From Entomortierella parvispora E1425 (taxonomy: Eukaryota > Fungi > Mortierellomycota), in the NCBI GenBank assembly GCA_020891255.1, contig BQFW01000016.1, forward strand, positions 61,481 through 125,480: 64,000 nucleotides of DNA. The letters are read 5' to 3'. The notes below the pieces were generated by a model. It saw only the letters and a list, made by a program, of their open reading frames with translations, ran no database searches and had not been told where the DNA came from. Made by a program: the position numbers and the translations under genes. This document shows, piece after piece, positions 35,270-45,483 of this stretch (position 1 is the first letter of the stretch; every line of letters starts with the position of its first letter).

Positions 35270-38200
35270 GCAAAGCCGCGTGGTCCAGACGACAAATGAC
35301 CCCGGATCCCCGCGCAACAAATGCCACGGCTCGTCACCGTGTAATAAAGAAGAGTAAAATGTTACAAAAAATGGATCTTCCCCATCTTTTCTAATGTCGA
35401 TAAATGGACCTGGCCACGCACACAAGCCAGTAGTCGCTGGTCAGCCAGCGTAGGATCGTCTTGGGCACCTGGGCAGAGGCCTTGGTGGTGTTCAGTGTAA
35501 GCCTTGCCGCATTGGCAGATGCCTGGCGCTAGGATCGCACCAGAGGCATTGTTCCACGGCTGCCCCGACGGGGCTGCTTGTTTTTTCATCTTGGGGCGGA
35601 TGCCTTGAGATTTCTCCCAGGCAATGGTGACTTCGCACCGTGTCTTCCAGATACGTGCAAGGGCGTCTCTGTCCAGGCGGCGGATAAACTGGTGAGCAAC
35701 TGCGACCACAACCGAGCGAGGTCCTTTAATAATCGGTGTCCAGGCTGTGATCAGCGCCGAGTGTAACAGTCCTTGGTAGGCAGTGACGATCGACCGTGCT
35801 GACGGCAGTGGAGAGGCAGTCTGTCCCACGTCAGGAGGTCTAATTGTTGGCAAGTCGTGGAATGCAGCGTACAGTGATGTCCACAGGGCCGTGTCCGATG
35901 GCTGATGCCATTGAAGTGCTCTCGGGGCGGCAACGTTGGGTGTGCGGGCTTGTTGCTTACGATGTCTTTTGGTAGCTTCCTCATTGGCTCTGGTGATGGC
36001 AGCTCTGCCCCACTTTGGAATAGTGGCCACTGCTTCCTCCCAAATCTGCCTTTGTTGGTTGACTGAGTTCGGACAAGTCCACACATGGTTGTTGTCCTCC
36101 TGCGCGTCGCCACATCGACAGCAGAGTGCGTCTTCGTACATGTCTGGGTAGCGCGCTTGCATGACTGTAAGTGTTGGTAGCATCCCATGCAGTTTTTTGA
36201 TGTGCTGTGTGCGTCGGGTAGTGTCCCCTCTGCTACTGAAGAAAGTATGGACTGGCCGTTTGGCGTGGATGATCGAGAGGGCAGATCGCCACTCCGCGTC
36301 GTCCAAGTCGCTGATTGCTCTCTTAACTCGATGCTGTGCTGTCCATGTTTGGTGGCGGCGAATAGTGGTCTGTTGCTTGAGGAATTGGCGCAAGTCAGAC
36401 TCCAACTGTTGTCCATGGCAAGATGCAATAAAGGTGATGTCGCCCTGGGTGCTGAGGTCCGCCTGCCATGGTGTCGTGTCCTGTTCAACCGCCTTGGTTG
36501 CGATAGCATCCGCCATTTCGTTGCCCTGGTCGCCACTGTGCCCACGCACCCACTCAACCTCTGTGCGGCCCTCACGTTCTGCTACTACTGATGCCAAAAC
36601 TGCCCAGAGGCCTGCGTGTGTTGCCCGTTGTCGCTTACGAGGCAAAGTTGTGTGGCGGTCGACAACAAGGTCTTGAAAGGAAGTGACAACGCCCTCGTTA
36701 TCAAGGCGGACCAAAATATCTTGTCCAGGAGGCATGGCCACGATTGCGGCAAGAAGTCCCATGAGCTCTGGTTTGCCTGAGGATGCCTGACCGTCAGCAC
36801 GACCCGGGATGGAGTGGGGGGCGGTAGTAGAGATGTCGGCCACGCCAAATGCCATTGCGCATTCCTTCGTACCAGCGCGGACCATAGAGCCGTCAGAGTA
36901 GAGTACTTTACGCTCTTGTGAAATTGGTGACTGGCGTAGCTGGTGTAGAAGTTCAGCTTGGGCTTGAGGCATTGAAAGTGGGCCGACCTTGGCAATCTGC
37001 TCATGACATGGAGGAGGCAAAGGAGGGGGTGAGATGTAGAGAGGATGAACAGCACTTTGGTCAACAGTGACAGTGAGTGGGTGTAAGTGTTGTTCAACAC
37101 GTTCTCTGTTGGTGGTCACATCCCGGTCCCGTTCCTTGATAGCCTGGGAAATGTAGTCTGCTCTGATTTGCTGCCGTTGTTCAGCCTCCGCCAGATGTTG
37201 TTGATGTTTGTTGACTGCAAAGTCGTGTGCGTCCTTGAGTTTGCGGGCAAGGCGATCGGCAAGGAGCCCAAGTTGGAGCTGTGCACGGACTTGTAGAGTC
37301 CGAAGCCCCTGTTGGGCGATCCGTTCAGCCTCCTTGATAGCGGTGGCCAGCTGTTGTGGTTTCGTGGCCAACAGACGTCGATAACGTGAAGCATCGGACT
37401 GAAGCTGTTGGCGCCTCTTTTCCAACGCGGCCTGCAGCTCTTGGACGAGCTGGGTCCTGGCTGGGATGGTGTCTGAGTCAGCTGCATTAAGACGTGTGGT
37501 CAGAGCGTCGTCAAGCCAACGAGAAGATCCGTGAAGCAAGTCGTCTGCATCTAGTGGCAGTCGTGCCAAGTACGTCGATGGCGGTGTGTCAGCAACAAGA
37601 TTGTTGGTGGCATCTATGCTGGCGGAAACTGAACGCGAAAGTGGAGTTACGCCAAGGGTGGTGTCTGTGTCAGGAAAAAGCCGTCGAACGGCAGGGACTG
37701 CAATGAAAGTGGGTGAAAATGAAGAAAACTGTGAAGAAGGTTGTGCAGATAACGGTGTTGATGAAACGGGAGTGAGTGATGAAGAAAGGATAGGTGACGA
37801 AGGAGTGATGACAGGGGAGGAAGAGGGGGATAAAAAGGAAGGACCGCTTGCTCCCAAAGACGATGGCGTTGAAGGTAACAGAGAAGAAGGTGACAATGTA
37901 GGATGAGAAGAAGAAGATGAAGACAAAGAAGAAGGATGGGAGTGCGATCCGGGCACGTATGGTCCCATGTACTCTTGTTTTTCTTTTTTTTTTTTTGACT
38001 CTTTTCCAATCTGGTCTTGTTGGCTGTGAGGGTGTGCAGACCGTGCAGCAGGCAGGGTGTGCCTTGCCTTTTGAGTGTGACGTGAGCCCTTTTTGCTTTT
38101 TTGTTGTTCTTTTGTGTCTTTTTGTTGTTCGTTCTTTTTGTCCTGCACGGTCATGTTTGCATCTTGTCCACACTCCCCACTCTTGTTCCGCACCACCGTT

Positions 38201-38825
38201 CCCACGCGCACCTTGCTCCAGTCCTCTTCCTCTTGAACCTGCTCGCACGCCACCTCTTTTCCCTTGGGGCTCCGTGGTCCTCTTGGCATCTCATCGTCCT
38301 GCTCCTCTCCCGACGACTCTTGATCCGTGAACGCCATATCCATCTCCCTTATCTCCTCGTCGACCACCTCTGCGCCGTCGCCGTCGCAGTGGTCGTCGTC
38401 CGCACTCTCTTCTAATGGATACGATTGAGTAAGTGTGTCTTGTGTGTCTTGGTTTTTGTCTGGCTTTGTTTGTTTGTCTTCATCGTCCTCGTTGAGCGGA
38501 TGAGTCACTGCCGAAGCAGCTGCTGTAGACACTGCCTTTTGAAAATTGTTTTTGTTTATACTCACCCGCTCAACAACACCTGTAGTTTCTGTGGGGGTGC
38601 TCGCTGTCTGAAAGAGTGCTCGTCGCCGGATTCGTGGATCAACCAACGGCTCAGAATCGGTATCGGACAGCTCGTATACACTGGAGGCATCGGATAGGGC
38701 TGTGGCGGGCTCGTGCTTCTCGATCAGTTCAGCAGAAGCAGGGGCGCAGAGATGAACAGAAAGGGCTGCGTACCATGCACGCGTCGGGCCTTGGAAGCGA
38801 TGTCTTGCTTGGAGGGCGCGCCACG
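35270..38825 (-). mobile_element. 5'-truncated non-LTR retrotransposon (LINE) with RNase H and C-terminal CCHC; 14-bp TSD gtgtaaacctgccc
   Basis: Target sequence at 33881-33894 and 38826-38839; empty site in the array at 61803-61816; poly(A) tail displaced into the inverted spacer. Confidence 0.85.
35362..38825 (-). CDS. LINE ORF2 C-terminal part: long disordered/coiled-coil region + RNase H + zinc finger
   Basis: YSDGS, PELMGLL, RLDN, WVRGHSGDQGNEMAD, CCRCGDAQEDNNHVWTC; manual translation shows the frame stays open from 38646 up to the insertion junction. Confidence 0.85.
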
Positions 38826-38924
38826 GTGTAAACCTGCCCCCCAGGCTAGAACCGGGTCAGAAAGTGATCGGCCCCTGAAAAAATTTGTCGGTACTTGAAC
38901 AAGAAATTTTTGAAGACCTTTCGG

Positions 38925-39027
38925 ATTACGGCCATACACGACTAAACCCACCGCATCCCCGTCCGATCTGCGCAGTTAAACAGTCGATGGCAGAGTCAGT
39001 ACTATGGTGGGGGACCACATGGGAATA
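38925..39027 (+). pseudogene. 3'-truncated 5S rRNA copy
   Basis: Matches 60470 onward up to gggaata (one extra C), then lacks the last ~15 nt and the T-run. Confidence 0.9.
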
Positions 39028-39272
39028 ATGTATACACACAATAAACGAACGACACCTTTCTTTCTCTTGATGCCCTCGCCAAATCTTACACAGTCAAGAA
39101 CTGGTTCATCTTGTGGATGTGTTTGTATGCGATAGAAAATACGTCTGTGACAAGAGGGGTTTATTTTTGTTTTTTGACAACAGACTGCCAATGCTGCACC
39201 CCAATCCGTACAATTCATGAGCAAAAAGCCATTCTTGATGTGACCAAATCACAGCGTTCGGCCCTAAGGAGT

Positions 39273-39413
39273 TCACATAATCGTGTCCCCATCGCACTCT
39301 GGCCGATATATAGTACTGTCACCATCGCAATCGTTGCGTTTCTGTGGGCCGGCTGGTAGCGCCAATACAGCTGTCATCATTGCGAGCAAGAGTGCCAATT
39401 TACAGAGATTCAT
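39273..39413 (-). CDS. 46-aa secreted peptide precursor 1 (signal-pro-KR-core)
   Basis: MNLCKLALLLAMMTAVLALPAGPQKR-NDCDGDSTIYRPECDGDTIM*; TATAAAA at 39583-39589, 5'-UTR GTAAGCT donor at 39507-39513. Confidence 0.75.
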   Translation of the reverse strand: MNLCKLALLLAMMTAVLALPAGPQKRNDCDGDSTIYRPECDGDTIM

Positions 39414-39704
39414 CTTTGGTCTAAGAACATTCCAAATTGACAATAACGAAGTTATTATAGTGTAAGATCGACGTTACATTCGGGAGAAAATCTTAAAAGA
39501 TAGCTTAGCTTACCAAAATGAAAGAGAAGAGTCGGTTAAAGAAAAAGAGTACAGTATGTACATGTACTGGACTTTACTACTCTTTTATACTTTTGGGAAA
39601 TGAGACTGCATAGGTACAGAACTGTACTTCGCTTTCGGCCCGTTTAGTAAATGCGGCCACATTTCCCAGTGAACTTCGCTTTAGGCAATTCTTCTGTATG
39701 AGGC

Positions 39705-40260
39705 TGCAGCACGGTATCTTTCCTTTTCCCCCTGCAAAACATGAACAAAGAGCACACTCTCACGCATGATTCTTTCCTTCATTGAGTTTATCCGCCTCGC
39801 CCTCGCCTTGCCCTTACTTTTCGTGAGCTGTCTTCAACGGAAGTGTCTATTTGTCGTCCGGTCCGACAATGCTTGCTTGTCGTCCGATGCTCTCTTATTT
39901 GTCGTCCGATTTTCATTGGTTTCTCTTTGTTTACTTCCCAAAGAGCTTGACTTCATTGCAAAGACATTTGGGGCAAAGATGGGCGAAGGCAAGGACAAAG
40001 GCGAGAACAATATTGTAAGCACAAGCATTGCCTCTGGAATTTATCCTCATCTTGATCTAAAAATTATAGTTCCGTGTCAACAAAGTGAGCCTGAACACAG
40101 CACAGCAGTGCTTGACAGTTGATAGTTCCCCTGAATTTCTCTTCGCTGACGACACATGACACTTCCTTCGGCGGACTGGACGACAAAAGACACTTCCAAG
40201 GAAAGGATGAAGCATGAGAGTGTGCTCTCTGTTTATGTTCTGGGAAAGGAAAACGTGCTA
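39705..40260. mobile_element. Degenerate foldback element with TTGTCGTCC motifs; related ~100-bp pieces recur at 40510, 41100, 42200-42330 and 42530-42610
   Basis: aaagagcacactctca.gc...ttccttc...gagttt.tcc and aagtgtct.tttgtcgtcc occur in opposite orientations. Confidence 0.5.
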
Positions 40261-41763
40261 CTGGTACTGTACATGTACATGTACTTCGCTGTTGATGTGC
40301 TATAGCCAATGCGGCCATAGGCTCGACCCATCCCTCCCAGTCGTGTGCATGGACCAGAAGTTACATTTCCTTTTGTGGCCGCATTGACAAACAAACTTCA
40401 CAATTCTTCCAATGCGAGATTGTAGGTCTGTCTCCCTTGGACCACCTTTTCTTTTTTTCCCGCAAGTAGACGCAGTTGGATCAATGGCAGCTCAAAATCG
40501 AAGTTGAACACAGCTCACAAAAGTGAGGGCGAGGGCGGATAAACTCAAAGAAGAAAAGAATTATGCAGTTGTTCTCTAGCCTCGTGTCAGAAAATTCCAA
40601 AAGCGAAGTTTGCAATTGTAATTTTTTGGAAGTTCCTGCTGCAGTAGTAAACTGCGCTTTTGGCAATTTTCTGACACGAGACTGCAGCTTGGCCTCCCTC
40701 GGATCACCTTTTCTCCTCCTCCCCCACTCTCATGCATGATCCATTCCTTCTTCGAGCATACCCACTCTCGCCCAAACACCACATTCTGAGCAGCTCTACT
40801 GCTGCACTATATATATAGTACATGTACTGAATAGGTGTCTGGAACGGCAGACGGGTTGAAGGCAAAAGCTGGTGCAAGGAAGGCTTTGTACAGTACATGT
40901 TTTCGTTATGGCCTTGGCAAGATAAACTCCATTCTTTGTTTGTCACCAAAGCTGCACATTCGGACAGGATGGCCGTCCAAGCCGTTCTCACGCTCAATTG
41001 TGGAAAGACATCATTCCTGGTGGTGCCAGTGGTCGGTTCGTTGTGCCGTTCAAATTGTCGATTGGGCAGTTTGAGTGAAGCCAACTTTGCTTTCATCTCC
41101 ACTTGTTCTTCGAGTTTATCCGCCCTTGCCCCAATGTCCAAATGCCTCATCTTTGTGAGTTTTTTTGCAACTTGCACATTCTGAGCATCTCATGGGCAAA
41201 TTGCCTAGGAACGATGCTAGTGATGGCGAATATTAAAAACATAAATGATTACACCAAAAGGATGTCCATGTTTTCCTAGTGTCCCGACAAGAAAGACATT
41301 TGGGAGATCATTCTCGTCGAACATTCGAACAAGGCACAGCCTCCTCCATCCAAATCGACACTTGATGTCACTCAAGCATGGATCGTCGCCATCGTTCTTG
41401 CTCACCCCCTGAAATTCTGTTCATGCAGCTTGCATCCTTTTTTCTGTTGCTGTGCACTCCCCTGTACCTTCCCAAATTCGCCAATTTAGTTGTATGCCCC
41501 TTGCACCTTCTGAGATTTATTTTTAATTTTTTTTTTTGTGGAGATAAAATAAAAACTCGGGTTTGCACTTGGAAAATTATCAGTGCACTTGGAAAACGGT
41601 CAGATCACCTTTGTGCGCTTATTTTTTAAAACAAATTCGTGGCTTCTTCACAGATTCCGGGGATGTAACCTCGAGGAGTCACTTGTTTATTGTCAAGATT
41701 ATTAAATCCTTCCTGAGCGAGTGGGGGTTTGACTTTGAGACTAATACAGTACAGTAGTCTAAT

Positions 41764-41913
41764 TTAAGTCTCACACATTTCGGTATCTGTGCAGCTGCAG
41801 CCCTTCATGGTGTTGTCGCCATCGCCATCGACACATCGTTTCTCCAAGCTGGCTGGTAGCGCCAATATAGCTGTCATCATCGCCAGCAAGAGTGCCAATT
41901 TGCGGATATTCAT
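41764..41913 (-). CDS. 49-aa secreted peptide precursor 2 (paralog of 39273-39413)
   Basis: MNIRKLALLLAMMTAILALPASLEKR-CVDGDGDNTMKGCSCTDTEMCET*; TATAAATA at 42076-42083, GTAAGCT donor at 42005-42011. Confidence 0.78.
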   Translation of the reverse strand: MNIRKLALLLAMMTAILALPASLEKRCVDGDGDNTMKGCSCTDTEMCET

Positions 41914-42340
41914 CTTTGCTCTAGAAACATTCCACATTTGGAGACAAGATTTTAGTATAAGATCAACCTCATAAAATACAGAATCTCAAGTGCTGTACGT
42001 GCATAGCTTACTGAAATTTCCAGTGAGTGTGATGGGGATAGGAATAAAGAAAAGAAAAACAGGACATCCCCGCTCTATTTATACTTGTGAGGGAAGAGAC
42101 TGACTGAACGCTTGAATAAACTTCGATCGCGGTTGCGCTTTAGCCATCATTGTTGCAACCGCTTTTGCAAGTACCGGTACCGTACAGTAGCACCTTTTCT
42201 TTTTTCCCAGCGGAAAAGTGCGAACAAAAAACAAAGAGCACACTCTCATGCTCTATCCTTTCCTTCTTTGAGTTTGTCCGGCCTCGCCCAAACCTCCCTT
42301 TTTGTGAGCTGCAACGTCGCATTCTGAGCACCCCATTGCC

Positions 42341-42509
42341 GAACTTTTCCCTTGAACGTTGCCCCTGAACTGAACTTTACCCCTGAACTTTACCCCTGAA
42401 CTTTACCCCTGAACTTTACCCCTGAACTTTACCCTGAACTTTACCCCTGAACTTTACCCCTGAACTTTACCCCTGAACTTTGCCCTTAACATTGCCCTGA
42501 ACTTTACCC
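42341..42509. repeat. 13-bp minisatellite (cccctgaacttta) x~10
   Basis: Seen directly. Confidence 0.9.
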
Positions 42510-42786
42510 ATTGAAAGAGGAACGATAAATTAGTCCGACAGGTCCTTTGTCGTCCGTTTCTTAATGTATTGTCGTCCGTTTTTCTTATTTGATCAGTAGT
42601 CGTCCTGTGCCACCCACTGGGGATGTGAAAAACTGATCAGGCTAAAGAGAGGGGTTTTTTTATTGGATGTGTTTCGTTGGGACGTTCATGGTGCTTTGTA
42701 AAGCAGTCACAAAATTAATTTCGAATGGGCGAAGAAATAATCTCTTTCATCATCCCTTTCACTCCTCATTCCTCCCTTGTTGCACC

Positions 42787-45314
42787 ATGGTCAGCGCCGA
42801 AACTTCCTCCATCACCTCCATAGACGGCAATATTGTCTATCCTCAGGCCCGCCGAACTGATTTCACCTACACCCAGCACGACGTGACTGTTGCGGATCCT
42901 TACAGGTGGTTGGAAGATCTCGACTCGGAGGAGACAAAGGCTTTTGTCGAGGCACAGAACAAAATTTCCGCCCAATTTATGAACAAGTTTGAGGACAAGC
43001 AAAAGTACAAGGAGCGGTAAGCACGGTGTGATCTGCGTCACTGCCATCATCTCAATGAACAAAAAACACCAACGAGAGCATATTGTTTATTGTTGATTTT
43101 TTTTTATGTGCCTCAGCTTGACTGAGCTCTTCAACTTTGAGCGATTTGGCCCTCCTACTAAGCGCGGTGATTACTACTACCAGTACCGCAACTCTGGTCT
43201 GCAGGCCCAGAATGTGCTTTATCAACAAGATACCCTCGAGTCTGATCTGCGTGTTTTCTTGGATCCCGGCAAGTTGGAGGCTGATGGAACAGCTTCATTG
43301 AACGCCAAGAGCTTCTCGTACTCGGGAAAGTTGTTTGCCTATGCCATCTCCAAGTCAGGATCTGACTGGGGCATGATCTACCTCATGGACTGCCATGGCA
43401 ACAAGTTAAACGATATTATCGAGTGGGTAAAGCACACCCAGATTGTCTTTACCCATGATGACAAGGGCTTCTATTACACTGTAGGTTTAACACATTTTTC
43501 TTTTTCTATTTTCAGTGTTTGTGAGAAACTCATTAATCCTTTTATTTGTATTTTTTATTCTCTCGTAAAGAACTTTGAAAAGCCTAATGTCGAAGCCGTC
43601 AAGGCAGGAACCGAGATTGGCGCCGACCTCAACAAGCGATTGCTATACCATAAGATCGGCACACCTCAGTCAGAGGATGTCCTCGTCCACCTCGACAACG
43701 AGAACCCTTTGTACAGGTTCATGCCCACGATCTCGGATGACGGAAAGTACCTCCTCATGTCCATCAAAAAGGACACCGCCCCCGCCTCCATGCTATATAT
43801 CGCTGATCTCGAAACCGTGGACAATGTCGTTCCTTTGGGTTACGACTGGAACAAAATTGTCGACTGCTTCAAGTTTAGATACTATTAGTAAGTGACAACC
43901 ATGCCGTTGGGATTGTTTATTTGAAAGGACATAGCTTGCTTAGATCTTTCTGGCTTAACTTTTAATCTTGAATGTTAGCTTGACCAACGACGGCACTGTC
44001 TTCTACTTTGAAACAAACAAGGACGCTCCTCGCAACAAGATTGTCAAGTATGATTTGAGCAGGCCTGAGGAGGTAAAAGCGTTTACTCTTTCTGAGATAT
44101 CTAGCTCAAGCACATTTGTATCTCCGTGACACTTACAATCATTTCAATAATTGCCGCGATTATAGGGGTTTGTCGACCTTGTACACCAGGCCGAGGATGT
44201 TTTGGTCGCTTCTTCTGTCGTTGATGACAACAAATTGGTGCTCAAATACATGCGCGACGTAAAACACATTGTCGTTGTGCATGACTTGACCTCTGGACGG
44301 TTTCTCCACCAGATCCCTCTTCCTGTTGGTTACATCGGAAATACTACAGGAGACCGTGAGAGCAAGGAGTTCTTTATCTTCTTTGCTTCCTATCTCACCC
44401 CTGGTACCATCTACAGGTATGACTTTGGCGTTGACGACCAGGAGAAGCGCTTATCGATCCACCATGAGATAAACATCAAGAACTTTGACAGCACTTTGTT
44501 TGAGTCCAAGCAAGTCTTCTACGAGAGCAAGGACGGCACCAAAATCCCCATGTTCGTCAGTCATAGGAAGGACCTTGTCTTTGATGGCAGTAACTCAACG
44601 TTATTGTTTGGATATGGTGGTTTCTCGTCCTCGCTCACGCCTGGTTTCTCGTTTGCATATGCTATCTTCATGCAGCACTTTGGGGGTGTTGTAGCTGTCG
44701 CAAACCTCCGCGGTGGTGGAGAGTACGGCCGGGACTGGCATAGCGGTGGAACCTTGTTGAACAAGCAAAACGTTTTCGACGACTTTCAGTATGCCGCCAA
44801 ATATCTCATCAACGAAAAGTACACCCAACCCGCCAAGTTGGCCATCAATGGAGCATCGAACGGCGGTCTTCTCGTCGCTGCTTGTGTCAACCAGGCACCT
44901 GAACTCTTTGGTGCAGCCGTTGCTGAGGTGTCTGGCTTGGATATGTTGCGGTTCCACAAGTTTACCATTGGTCACACTTGGCAATCCGAGTATGGTTATC
45001 CAGATGACAAGGCCGAGGACTTCCGCAACATTCTCAAGTACTCTCCCGTCCACAATGTCCACAAAACCAAGCCGTACCCCGCCTTTGCCTTGTTCACCGC
45101 GGACCACGATGACCGTGTTCCTCCCCTCCACTCGTACAAGCACATTGCTGAGCTGCAGCACACTGCTGGGCCAATGACCAACAACCCCCTTGTTTTGCGT
45201 GTCCAAACCAAGGCTGGACATGGAGCGGGAAAGCCTCTTGCTAAGCGTATCGAAGAGACCACCGACAAGTTTGCATTTATTGCCGCAGCTATCGGTGCGA
45301 CCTGGAGAGATTAG
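42787..45314 (+). CDS. PREP: Prolyl oligopeptidase (S9A), 717 aa, 5 exons (42787-43016, 43117-43480, 43571-43887, 43979-44072, 44166-45314)
   Basis: DPYRWLED, YGGF, GASNGGLL (Ser), DHDDRV (Asp), AGHGAG (His); exon lengths sum to 2154 nt; no signal peptide evident. Confidence 0.93.
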
Positions 45315-45342
45315 ATCTTATAGATTTCTATAGAAGGGACTT

Positions 45343-45453
45343 TGCAATAGGAGTATCGAGGGTGGAGTGGAGACAAGAAGTGCGTTTTATTATATTGCAA
45401 GTTTCTAGCTTTTGTAGGTACACATCGCGTGATGTCACCGTATTCCTGTTACA
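45343..45453 (-). mobile_element. Solo LTR of the 14355-19420 chromovirus family
   Basis: Reverse complement tgtaacaggaatacgg...actcctattgca; no PBS, PPT or TSD. Confidence 0.92.
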
Positions 45454-45483
45454 GATCTAGTCACCAACTATAAACTCTTTGCC

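Noticed and set aside
35362-38646. A novel RT-less element or host gene beginning at 38646
   Set aside because: The frame stays open to the TSD junction, so 5' truncation of a LINE explains the missing RT more simply.
40704-41177. 157-aa minus-strand ORF
   Set aside because: No recognisable motif; its ends overlap dispersed repeat pieces.
39273-41913. MSDIN-family (amatoxin-type) precursors
   Set aside because: No MSDIN leader or Pro-flanked core; they have signal peptides and KR sites instead.
42341-42509. True telomere
   Set aside because: Short, internal, degenerate at both ends, and not TTAGGG.
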